From an uncultured Frankiaceae bacterium (GTDB lineage Bacteria; Actinomycetota; Actinomycetes; BP-191): a stretch of DNA of 64,000 bases. The notes below the pieces were generated by a model. It made no database searches, had not been told where the DNA came from, and saw only the letters and a list, made by a program, of their open reading frames with translations. A program made the position numbers and the translations under genes. This document shows, piece after piece, positions 35,661 through 43,336 of this stretch (within the stretch, counting starts at the first letter, position 1; each line of letters starts with the position of its first letter). Location: contig CAZYXZ010000001.1 of NCBI GenBank assembly GCA_964651395.1, positions 15,274 through 79,273 of the forward strand, read 5' to 3'.

Positions 35661-36152
35661 CTACCCCTTGTTGGCGTTGGTGCCGAACGTCGCGTTGAAG
35701 GTGGTCCTGCCCATCTGGGTCCTGACATCGACGCTGGAGTCGTCGCGTCCGATCTGACCGCGGACGTGGAAGCGCACCTCGCTGACCACGCCGGGCAGGT
35801 CTCTGAAAATCGGCCCCTGGTCGCCGTCGGCCGGGAGGCGCGCGGCACTCGCCGGGTTGCCGTTCTTGTAGTCGATGTCGATGGTCCGGCCGCTGTTACG
35901 CCCATTGGCGTTGGTGCTGAACGTGTTGTTGAACGTGGTCCTGCCCATCTTGGTCGTGACCTCGACCCAGATGACCGCGTCCAGGCGCTTCACGGGCGTG
36001 CCGGCCCGCGTGGGGCTGCTCGTGCGGATGGTGACCTCCGTGCCGCCGGCGGCGGCGGCCTGTGCGGGCGTGGCGAGAAGCGCGAGCCCAAGCACTCCGC
36101 CGGCGACGGTTGCGGTGCGGAGTGCGTGGCGGCGGATCCTGGTGGCGTTCAT
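35661..36152 (-). CDS. Secreted protein with internal tandem repeat, hypothetical
   Basis: Signal peptide 'MNATRIRRHALRTATVAGGVLGLALLATPAQA'. Two copies of '...T(K/Q)MGRTTFN(N/A)TF(S/G)TNAN(G/K)'. Confidence 0.5.
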   Translation of the reverse strand: MNATRIRRHALRTATVAGGVLGLALLATPAQAAAAGGTEVTIRTSSPTRAGTPVKRLDAVIWVEVTTKMGRTTFNNTFSTNANGRNSGRTIDIDYKNGNPASAARLPADGDQGPIFRDLPGVVSEVRFHVRGQIGRDDSSVDVRTQMGRTTFNATFGTNANKG

Positions 36153-36400
36153 CGGGCTCTCCCTCGGTCGGCGCCCTCGTTGCGGGCTACGTCGACTATC
36201 GGGTCGCGTCCGGGTGTCGTATCTCGCGAGATCTGGATTAGGCCGTGCTTGTGTTCAGATCCGATGAGGCAGCCATTGGCTGCCCAGTCTCACCGGATCT
36301 GATCGGATCCGACGCCGTGCCTCGCTTGGTCGCGAAAACAGCGGTTAGGGGAAGTCCGTCGGCCCAAAGCCGACCAGCTCATGCGGGCCGAACGGCAGAG

Positions 36401-36550
36401 CTACTTCTTCTTCCCGGACTTCTTGGCCGGCTCCCGCTGGCTGAGTGCGCTGCCGGCTGAGGTCTTTGACTTAGCTCCGGTCCGCTTGTCCTTGAGAACG
36501 TCGGACGCGGCGCTCGCGGCCTTCGGACTTGTTGTCTTCTTGCCTGGCAT
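36401..36550 (-). CDS. Small lysine-rich basic protein (49 aa), not in the supplied ORF track
   Basis: Minus-strand ORF 'MPGKKTTSPKAASAASDVLKDKRTGAKSKTSAGSALSQREPAKKSGKKK'. Preceded by a strong SD (AAGGAGG 5 nt upstream of ATG). Lys-rich despite 70% GC. Confidence 0.45.
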   Translation of the reverse strand: MPGKKTTSPKAASAASDVLKDKRTGAKSKTSAGSALSQREPAKKSGKKK

Positions 36551-36607
36551 GGGAAGCCTCCTTTGCCGCAGGTATGCCCTGGGGGTGCAAGGTCGACGCG
36601 CGCCGAT

Positions 36608-37936
36608 CTAGTGGCGCCGCCGCCGTAGCAGCTTGCGGACTAGCAGCAGGCGCCGAGGGGTGCGCGCTGGGGCGACTGCGGTCAGGTACACGTCAGTGAT
36701 AGCGCCCTCAGCGCGTCCGGGGGCCAGGGTGAGGGCCCTTCGATAGATGGGAGTGGGCTCGTCGTCCCATTCGTAGACGTCGAGCGTGAGTGTGTTGAGT
36801 CGGCGTGCGACGAGCGCGGCGATCGCGTAGGGGCATCGCAGGACGAGATGGACGTGGGTGCTGTGGTGTGCGCCGGCGAGCGCGCGGATGTGCTCGGCGA
36901 TCGCCGCCGCGAGTGGCGCCGCCTGCCGTGCGTCGAGCTCGGCGGGTGCGTAGGCGCTTCGCAGGTGCGACCAGGCGGCGAGTTCCGGCCGCAGGACCTC
37001 GATCAGTGCGGTGTACGCGGGGTCGCTGCTGCTGGGCAGGAGGTCGACGTAGGCCAGGACAGTCCGGCCAGTGTTGGTGCCGTGTCCGTGCCGAACGATG
37101 AGCTCCGGGTTCGGCGCTTCACCGCTGTCTGTCCAACTTGTGCTGGTTCGGTCGACGAGTTCGAGCGTGCCGACGAGGGTGCGCGGTAGGGCTGCGCCGA
37201 GTGCCGCAGCGATGCTGAGGTGCGCGCCGCCGGTGACGACGACGCGGCCGGCGGACGTCGCGCTCAGCGCGTTGTGGACGAGCGACGGCAGGTGGGCGAG
37301 CGCCTGCCGGAGATCCCGCAGCCCCGCGGGGGAGGGGAGGCGGCCGCTGGCGGCGGGTCGTATGCGCATGACGAGGTCGGCGGTGCTGGCAGCGGCGGCG
37401 GGTTGGATCCGGGTCTCGACGTCGAGGCGCAGGTGGCCTGCTGATCGGATACGGGCGGCGAGCGCGTTCAGTCTTCCTCGGGCGAGGTCGGCGGCCAGCT
37501 GGGCGCGTTCGCCGGGCGAGGCGATCGGTCCCTGCTTGAAGCGACTGGCGGTTCCCGACGGCTGGCCGAGCAGCCCGTCCGCGGCCGCGTGGTCGTATCC
37601 GTCGCCGGGCTTCGCCGGGTTCTTGTAGATCGTTGTGGCCATGGCGAGGGTGAACAGAGGCTGGGCTGCCGCCTCGATTAGTCGGGGTGCCTCGACGGTG
37701 CGGACGACCGTCGAGCGGGTGACTTCCGGCGTGAGCAGGATCAAGCCGGCGGAGATGCCTTCGGCGAGGGCATGGTCGAGCTCGTCCTCGGTGTCACCGG
37801 GTGGGAGATCCGTGGCGTCCTGCCAGACCGGGACGCCGGCGGTCCGGAGCGCCCAGGCGAGGTCGACGGCGAGGGCGCGCCCGTCGGATTGCCGGTAGGA
37901 CAGGAACAGCGGTCCCTCGGGGTCGATATCTGGCAC
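36608..37936 (-). CDS. TIR-domain effector with C-terminal sensor domain (TIR-SAVED-like CBASS effector)
   Basis: N-terminus 'PDIDPEGPLFLSYRQSDGRALAVDLAWALRTAGVPVWQD' is a TIR-domain signature. About 300 aa follow, consistent in size with a SAVED domain. GTG start preceded by AAGGAG. Confidence 0.6.
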   Translation of the reverse strand: MPDIDPEGPLFLSYRQSDGRALAVDLAWALRTAGVPVWQDATDLPPGDTEDELDHALAEGISAGLILLTPEVTRSTVVRTVEAPRLIEAAAQPLFTLAMATTIYKNPAKPGDGYDHAAADGLLGQPSGTASRFKQGPIASPGERAQLAADLARGRLNALAARIRSAGHLRLDVETRIQPAAAASTADLVMRIRPAASGRLPSPAGLRDLRQALAHLPSLVHNALSATSAGRVVVTGGAHLSIAAALGAALPRTLVGTLELVDRTSTSWTDSGEAPNPELIVRHGHGTNTGRTVLAYVDLLPSSSDPAYTALIEVLRPELAAWSHLRSAYAPAELDARQAAPLAAAIAEHIRALAGAHHSTHVHLVLRCPYAIAALVARRLNTLTLDVYEWDDEPTPIYRRALTLAPGRAEGAITDVYLTAVAPARTPRRLLLVRKLLRRRRH

Positions 37937-37944
37937 GTGGCTCC

Positions 37945-39267
37945 TTAGGGGCCGTTGGGGTCGCAGGTCGGGCAACCCGACTCGGGTGGGGCGGCGGCGG
38001 TCCAGGTGATTCCGCCGGCGCGCCAGTTCTCATCCGTCGCACCGTCGCCGCCGTAGGGGGCGGCGAGCAGGGTGTTGGGCTGCAGCGCGATGACGGCGAG
38101 GTCACCGGGGAGCACGGCGGCGTTGTCGCCGGCGGCTTGGAGGATGGTCGCGACGCTGACCTTGGCGGCGAGGCCGCCGACGAGATGCAGGTCGCCGCCG
38201 ACCGCGGTCATCGCCAGGTGGGTGAAGCCCTCGCCGTAAGGGCGGTCGAGGGTGGGCTCGGCGTCGAAGACGCCGTCGCGGACTTGCGCGCTGCGTTGGC
38301 AGGTGAGGCAGCCCTGATCCGGCCAGGGGCGCAGCCGGAGCACCTCGCCGATCCGCCCGGTGTCGAGGACGCAGCCCAGCACGGTGGTCAGGCCAGCGCG
38401 GCGCGCGAGGTGGTTGCTCACTCGCCGGGCGGCGACGCCGTCGGCGCAGCAAAGCACGAGGTCGGCATCGTCGAGTAGCGGGCGTACCTGGTCGGCGTCG
38501 GCGACGACGTCGAGGCGGTGCGGGTGAATCTCGGTGTCGGGTCGGTGCTCGCGGAGTTCTTCGGCGAGCGCGTCGACTTTGTGTCGGCCGACGTGCACGG
38601 CGCTGCTGGTGTGGCGGATCAGGTTGTGCCGGGCGAGCCGGTCCGGGTCGATGAGCAACAGCCGGCCGAGGCCGTAAGAGGCCAGCGCGTGCGCGGCGGC
38701 GCTGCCGATGCTGCCGGTGCCCACGAGCGCGATGGTGCGCGCCTGCAGTTCTGCGACCGGCCAGTGGCCGGTGAGCTGAACGATGCCAATGTGTGCAGGC
38801 TCTGTGAGGAGGTCGATGGGCTGGAGCTGTTCGTCGTTGAACATCCAGGCGGCGAACTCGGAGACGAGCTGCCACCCGTCTTCGTCTGGGATGTCCGGGG
38901 CGTAGGTGATCAGGATCGCCGGTTCGGGACCGAGCGCGGGCAGGTCGGGAAGCTGCTGGCGGACCGGGCCGGCTTTCAAGGCGATGTTGCGGAGTCGCGC
39001 GTGCAGGTGTTGGAGGTGCAGGTCGGCGTTGGCGCGTTCCCACCATCCGGTGCCACCGTTGACGTGCTGCAGATTGAGCCGGTGATTTTTTGGCGTGAGG
39101 GGGGTTGGGAATGTCTCCGGGGCGCTGACCTTGCCGATGCTGACACTGCCGACGGCGACCAGAGCATCGACGTCGCTCATCCGGAGCCCGAGTTCGCCGT
39201 GCCGGCCGCCGGTCTTGATTCGCTCCTGGGCGCTGAGGGGAAGCAGCACCGCGATCCGCTCAGGCAT
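37945..39267 (-). CDS. E1-like ubiquitin-activating (ThiF/MoeB-fold) enzyme, Cap2 E1-module-like
   Basis: 'IALVGTGSIGSAAAHALASYGLGRLLLIDPDRLARHNLIRH' (Rossmann GxGxxG plus DxD..NLxRQ-like). 'DLVLCCADGVAARRVSNHLARRAGLTTVLG'. C-terminal CxxC pairs. N-terminal about 160 aa uncharacterised. ATG overlaps the E2 gene stop by 8 nt. Confidence 0.7.
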   Translation of the reverse strand: MPERIAVLLPLSAQERIKTGGRHGELGLRMSDVDALVAVGSVSIGKVSAPETFPTPLTPKNHRLNLQHVNGGTGWWERANADLHLQHLHARLRNIALKAGPVRQQLPDLPALGPEPAILITYAPDIPDEDGWQLVSEFAAWMFNDEQLQPIDLLTEPAHIGIVQLTGHWPVAELQARTIALVGTGSIGSAAAHALASYGLGRLLLIDPDRLARHNLIRHTSSAVHVGRHKVDALAEELREHRPDTEIHPHRLDVVADADQVRPLLDDADLVLCCADGVAARRVSNHLARRAGLTTVLGCVLDTGRIGEVLRLRPWPDQGCLTCQRSAQVRDGVFDAEPTLDRPYGEGFTHLAMTAVGGDLHLVGGLAAKVSVATILQAAGDNAAVLPGDLAVIALQPNTLLAAPYGGDGATDENWRAGGITWTAAAPPESGCPTCDPNGP

Positions 39268-39745
39268 CGTCGGCGGTGGTGTCGTCGGTCGGTACGTTTG
39301 CGTCGTTCTCGTCGGCGAGGAGTTGGGCAGCCTGGGGAACGAGATGGTCGTGCACGGGGTCGCTGACGATCCCAGCCTCGGTCATCTGCTCGATCAGGCC
39401 GAGCTTCATCAGCGCGTACTCGACTCGCCACGCGCAGGCCTTCAGTAGCAGCTCGAGGATGCTGTCTTTCGGTTGCCAGTCGACGGCCGCCTGCAGTAGG
39501 CACAGCCCCCCGTCGGGCAGGACATGCCACTTGTGGTCGGTGCGCACGTGCAGCGACGGTTCCGGGTCGAGGGGATAGATCGTGGGGTAGTGCGCGGGGT
39601 AGGCGGGGCCCGGGATCACGTCGGCGACCAAGCCGCGTGGCACGACTATTGCAAGGCCGTCCGGGGCCGACCGGTCGAACGGCCACACCGGGAGCTCGCC
39701 CCGCCATGAGCCGCCGTTCGCCTCGGTCCAACTCAGCCCGGGCAT
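39260..39745 (-). CDS. E2-like ubiquitin-conjugating (UBC-fold) protein, Cap2 E2-module-like
   Basis: From 'MPGLSWTEANGG...'; 'HKWHVLPDGGLCLLQ' matches the E2 HPN-like loop with catalytic Cys. The ORF's upstream extension (R/P/S-rich) is treated as non-coding. Confidence 0.6.
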   Translation of the reverse strand: MPGLSWTEANGGSWRGELPVWPFDRSAPDGLAIVVPRGLVADVIPGPAYPAHYPTIYPLDPEPSLHVRTDHKWHVLPDGGLCLLQAAVDWQPKDSILELLLKACAWRVEYALMKLGLIEQMTEAGIVSDPVHDHLVPQAAQLLADENDANVPTDDTTADDA

Positions 39746-39827
39746 CCGCGCTGCGAGGGCGGTGAGATCAGCGGCATGTCGGCGTGGTTCTGCCTCCCAC
39801 CAAGGCTGGGGTGCCCGCGACTGCCGA

Positions 39828-40052
39828 TCACCCACCGGGGTTGTCACGGAGGCGATGAGCCCGGTCCGTGGTCGCCGCCGCGGCAGTGCTGCCGGCGGCT
39901 CCGGTGTGCAGCGCGGGTGCTTCGACGGGCACGGGGAACTGCTCGCCGAAGACTTCCCGCCACGCGCGCATCGCGCGTCCCTCATCGCCGGCCCGCGCAG
40001 CCGCACACGCGCGCGCGGCGTTGTCCGCGGCGCTCTGGAGCGCAGCGCGAAG
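39828..40052 (-). pseudogene. Displaced 3' segment of the CD-NTase ORF (76 codons ending -NPGG) separated from its gene by the IS3 insertion
   Basis: Reading on the minus strand from the TSD copy at 40050-40052 in the cdn frame gives an open 75-codon frame '...RAALQSAADNAARACAAARAGDEGRAMRAWREVFGEQFPVPVEAPALHTGAAGSTAAAATTDRAHRLRDNPGG*'. The stop is 80 bp upstream of the E2 start. Confidence 0.45.
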
Positions 40053-40079
40053 TGAACCGCCCCAGGTTCTCTGCCGCTC

Positions 40080-41063
40080 TCATACGGGTTGCGGCTCTCG
40101 GTTGAGAGTCGCGTAGTGGGCGGCCTCGTACTCGCTCGGGGTGAGGTAGTCGAGGCTACTGTGCAGCCGCCGGTTGTTGTACCAGTCGACCCAGCCGGCG
40201 GTGGCCCACTCGACGTCGGTGATGCTGCGGTAGGGCCCGGCGTGGAAGACCGTGGTGCGGATGCACTCGGTCTTGAACAGCCCGATCACGCACTCCATGA
40301 GCGCGTTGTCGTATGCGTCGCCGACGCTGCCGATCGACGGGCGGATGCCTTCGAGGTCGAGGTGCTCGGTGAACGTGATCGACGTGTACTGACTGCCCGC
40401 GTCCGCGTGACCGATCAGCTCGCCGGGCTGGAACGGGTGCCCTTCGCGCTCGCGCTGCCAGGTCGCCATCCGCAGCGGCGTCATCACCAGCTCGACGTCC
40501 TTGGACGTGGCGGCGTGCCAGGCCACGATCCGCTGCGCGAACACGTCGAGGATGAACGCGACGTAGACGAACCCGACCCAGGTCCGGACGTAGGTGAAGT
40601 CCATCACCCAGGTGCGGTTCGGCTCGGTCGCGGTGAAGTCCCGGTCGAGCAGGTCGCCGGCGCGCTTGCCGTCCTTGCCCGGGATGGTCGTGCGCACACC
40701 CTTGGCACGGCGGATGCCGTTGAGCCCCAGCGTTCTCATCGCCCGGTCGACCGAGCCCGGCGTCGCCGCCGGCAGCGAGCGGCGCACCAATCGCAGCATC
40801 TTGCGTCGCCCATAGAGACCTTCCGGGGCCAGCCGGCGGACCCCGGCCAGCTCGCCCACGACATCGACGGTCCAGGCCAGGTCACGCACCCGATCAGTGA
40901 CCTGCGCGTCGGTGACGGTGCGCGCCGCGACCAGCTGGTCGGGCTGCCTCCATGCCCGGTAGGTCCGTGCGGCGATCTGACAGCCCTGCTCGGACAGGAC
41001 CCGGCAGACCGACTCGACCGCAAGACCAGCGGCACGGCAGTCGTCGACGAACGCGACGATCAA
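40080..41063 (-). CDS. IS3-family transposase OrfB (DDE integrase core)
   Basis: 327 aa; 'TWVMDFTYVRTW...', 'HADAGSQYTS', 'GSVGDAYDNALMECVIGLFKTE' are the DDE motifs of IS3-family rve integrases. Confidence 0.85.
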   Translation of the reverse strand: MIVAFVDDCRAAGLAVESVCRVLSEQGCQIAARTYRAWRQPDQLVAARTVTDAQVTDRVRDLAWTVDVVGELAGVRRLAPEGLYGRRKMLRLVRRSLPAATPGSVDRAMRTLGLNGIRRAKGVRTTIPGKDGKRAGDLLDRDFTATEPNRTWVMDFTYVRTWVGFVYVAFILDVFAQRIVAWHAATSKDVELVMTPLRMATWQREREGHPFQPGELIGHADAGSQYTSITFTEHLDLEGIRPSIGSVGDAYDNALMECVIGLFKTECIRTTVFHAGPYRSITDVEWATAGWVDWYNNRRLHSSLDYLTPSEYEAAHYATLNREPQPV

Positions 41064-41371
41064 GAGCTGCGGGGGTCGAGCTCCCCCGCGAAGAAAATCG
41101 ACGCCCGGCGCAGGATCTCGTTGTCCTCCTCGAGCCGACGGACCTTGCCCTTCAGCTCCCGGATCTGCTCGAGCTCCTCGCTCGTCGCACCACGACGCTC
41201 GCCACGGTCGACCTGCGCCTGCAGAAACCAGCGCCGCACCGACTCCTGCCCGACGCCGTTACGTCGAGCGACCGCCTCGGCCGCGGCCGTCGGCGTCGGG
41301 TACTCGTGCACGTGCTCAAGCATCTGCTGGACGCAGCGTTCCTTCACCTTCGGATCGATCTTCTTCGGCAT
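41060..41371 (-). CDS. IS3-family transposase OrfA (HTH)
   Basis: 103 aa 'MPKKIDPKVKERCVQQMLEHV...SVRRWFLQAQ...LEEDNEILRRASIFFAGELD'. Leucine-zipper/HTH OrfA; overlaps orfB. Confidence 0.8.
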   Translation of the reverse strand: MPKKIDPKVKERCVQQMLEHVHEYPTPTAAAEAVARRNGVGQESVRRWFLQAQVDRGERRGATSEELEQIRELKGKVRRLEEDNEILRRASIFFAGELDPRSS

Positions 41372-41421
41372 GAACCCGTCCTCCTGGACTCACAAGGAGG
41401 CGGCATCAAACCTGGGGCGCT

Positions 41422-42192
41422 TCAAAGTGCCGACACGTCCAGGTCGGGCTGGATCGGTCCGCACAGCTTCGCCGGGTCGAGCACGGGGGAGTTGATGCGG
41501 TCGACGGCGCGCTGGAAAAACCCGGCCAAGGCTGTGGGCCGATCTGGGGCTTCGAGCAGGCAGTCAAGGGCGAGCACTTCCACGAGCAGCGACTTCACCT
41601 CGGTGGGCTGAAGCCGCGCCCAATACTTCAGCAACCGCACAAGGGGCACGAATAGCGCCCACTGCTCACTGACTAGCGTGATGAGCACCTGCGGGTTGGT
41701 AGCGATCCACTGCTGCGTCTTGTGTTCGGGTACCCACAGGCCGCCGGCGGCGCGGGGCAGCGCTGGCATCGCGTCGACCGTGAAGTCGTAGTCGCGGAGC
41801 CGGTCGCGGAAGTGGCAGCGGACCGCGTGGTTGCGAGGTTCGGCTCGGAGTAGCTCCTTTCCGACGGTCCCGTTCTCTACGCCGAGCAGGCGCATGGCGT
41901 GGGTCGCGATGAACGCGAGGGCGTCGTCAACGCCGACGGGACTCCCGGGCTGCGCCCAGTCGGGGAAGTGTTTCGGGTCCAGCTTGATCACTGTGTCGAC
42001 GTCATGGATGGGGTCGATGTGGGTGCGCCGCGCCAGTGAGCCGCTGCAGAAGACGTCCAGGACCTCGGTGATCGTGCAGTAGGCGTCGTCGAACAGATCG
42101 CGACGGCGGCGAGCTTCCTTCAGGTCCGCTGGATCGGTGTTGACGACCTGCTGGAACTCGTCGAACGCGTCGTCGAGCGTGCGCTTGCTCAT
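41422..42192 (-). CDS. cGAS/DncV-like nucleotidyltransferase (CD-NTase, SMODS-type), 3'-truncated by the IS3 insertion
   Basis: 'FCSGSLARRTHIDPIHDVDTVIKL' (GS-x11-DxD NTase motif) and downstream 'YDFTVDAMPAL' (third acidic residue). The stop codon is supplied by the IS terminal TTCA. Upstream GGAG SD. Confidence 0.6.
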   Translation of the reverse strand: MSKRTLDDAFDEFQQVVNTDPADLKEARRRRDLFDDAYCTITEVLDVFCSGSLARRTHIDPIHDVDTVIKLDPKHFPDWAQPGSPVGVDDALAFIATHAMRLLGVENGTVGKELLRAEPRNHAVRCHFRDRLRDYDFTVDAMPALPRAAGGLWVPEHKTQQWIATNPQVLITLVSEQWALFVPLVRLLKYWARLQPTEVKSLLVEVLALDCLLEAPDRPTALAGFFQRAVDRINSPVLDPAKLCGPIQPDLDVSAL

Positions 42193-42206
42193 GAGCAGCT
42201 CCAATG

Positions 42207-42228
42207 CTCTCGCCGGACACGGCGAGAG
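42207..42228. promoter_or_regulatory. Perfect 9-bp inverted repeat (CTCTCGCCG-GACA-CGGCGAGAG) 15-36 nt upstream of the cdn start
   Basis: Read directly from the sequence; lies between the SD and the promoter region of the CBASS operon. Confidence 0.3.
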
Positions 42229-42519
42229 TCAGGGTCTCTTCTTGCACTGACAGAAAACCTGGCCATCGCTCTGACGCCCTCCTGCGCGGCGGCGCGCGCA
42301 TTCACCCCGTTGGAACGCGGGTAGCGCAGGAGGGGAAGGAGGCCCGGTCGGCGAGTGTGGTTGCCGCCGGACGGCTGCCTGTAGGGTCCAGCACGCGTGC
42401 CCAACACGTGTGGCCCCGGTCGGTACCCGGTCCCCAATCGGACCTTCCGACCGGGGCTTCGTGTCGGCCCAGTTTAGGCCGAAAAGTGGGCCCTGCCTAG
42501 CACTCTCACCCCTTGAGTG

Positions 42520-42954
42520 CTAACTGCTGTCCGCGGCGCCTGCATCTTGAAGCCGGTCGCGGGCGCGGAGACGACGTTCGGTCTCGATCTGGCCCTGGAA
42601 GTGGAAGATCGCGTTGGCGAACTGGATCAGGAAGTCGGCCTGGCGTACTGGTGTTGCGGCGGATCGGTACAGCTCCCACAGTTCGAAGAGGTTGTCCAGC
42701 CGGCGCGAGCGCTCCTCGTCGGAGTCGAGGTCGGCGACGTCGTCGAGGAACTCCTGGTCGACCGACTCCGGATCGCTTGCTGCTTGTGGCTCGGGGCCGC
42801 CTACAGACGTCGTGCTGTTAGGCGGCTCTGCGACGAGCGGGAGCGCGGACACGTCTGGGGCGATCGGCCGCGCGAGGTTGGCTAACGCCTTGTCCAGCAT
42901 CAGCTGCGGGATCGGGCCGTTCTGACGTTCCCAGTCGTCGAGCCAGAGGCGCAT
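42520..42954 (-). CDS. Hypothetical acidic protein (island-borne)
   Basis: 144-aa ORF with protein-like, acidic composition. Between the Tn7-like module and the CBASS operon. Confidence 0.35.
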   Translation of the reverse strand: MRLWLDDWERQNGPIPQLMLDKALANLARPIAPDVSALPLVAEPPNSTTSVGGPEPQAASDPESVDQEFLDDVADLDSDEERSRRLDNLFELWELYRSAATPVRQADFLIQFANAIFHFQGQIETERRLRARDRLQDAGAADSS

Positions 42955-43336
42955 CGCGCGGAGGCGGCGCCGGCGACCTCATGAGCGCCGCTGGGTCATG
43001 TCCGCGGCCCGGATTGGGGGCCTTGGGCGGCATGCAGTTCCTGGTGGCGACCACGTTGGTCGTTGTGCGCTCCGTGACGATGCCTGGCCGTTCGATCTGG
43101 ATTTCCAGGCGCATCGGTGAGCCGATGCGGATGTCGTCGATGGCGAGGATGGGGATCTCGCGGTGGTCCGCGCGGAGCGCGGCGGGAACGACCCCGGGGC
43201 CGCCGGGGCCGGTGTCGGGTACTCGCAGTGCGGTACGGCGGTCGAGCAGGTAGGTGCTGCTCTCGGTGGTGATCTGCCATCGTCCAGTACGCAGGCGGTG
43301 CACCATGTTGATGGCTGTGGGGGCGTTCCCGGTCAT
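42818..43336 (-). CDS. Hypothetical protein translationally coupled to tniQ (C-terminus uncertain)
   Basis: ATG overlaps the tniQ stop (ATGA). First about 120 aa protein-like; the C-terminal R/P/A-rich tail overlaps the next ORF. Possible frameshift or shorter gene. Confidence 0.35.
   Translation of the reverse strand: MTGNAPTAINMVHRLRTGRWQITTESSTYLLDRRTALRVPDTGPGGPGVVPAALRADHREIPILAIDDIRIGSPMRLEIQIERPGIVTERTTTNVVATRNCMPPKAPNPGRGHDPAALMRSPAPPPRDAPLARRLGTSERPDPAADAGQGVSQPRAADRPRRVRAPARRRAA

Larger units (their letters stand above)
40053..41424 (-). mobile_element. IS3-family insertion sequence (1372 bp) with about 25-bp terminal inverted repeats and 3-bp AAG target-site duplication
   Basis: Ends TGAACCGCCCCAGGTTCTCTGCCGC (40053-40077) and its imperfect inverse TGAAGCGCCCCAGGTTTGATGCCGC (revcomp of 41400-41424). 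Flanking AAG at 40050-40052 and 41425-41427. Contains orfA and orfB. Confidence 0.8.

Noticed and set aside
39746-40006. N-terminal about 87-codon extension of the E2-like ORF reaching toward the IS
   Set aside because: R/P/S-rich ('RCARGGKSSASSSPCPSKHPRCTPEPP...'), unlike the UBC domain. A complete E2 fold with catalytic Cys at about residue 82 is obtained from the internal MPGLS start. The alternative frame through this DNA continues the cdn ORF (see pseudogene feature).
40089-41495. 468-aa plus-strand ORF across the IS3 element
   Set aside because: Antisense to the IS3 OrfA/OrfB genes, which have clear HTH and DDE motifs.
42498-42522. 8-bp inverted repeat TAGCACTC-N9-GAGTGCTA at the 3' end of the 144-aa ORF as a possible transposon end or operator
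   Set aside because: More simply a weak intrinsic terminator-like hairpin for the minus-strand gene (followed by a short T-run on that strand). No second copy seen elsewhere in the window.
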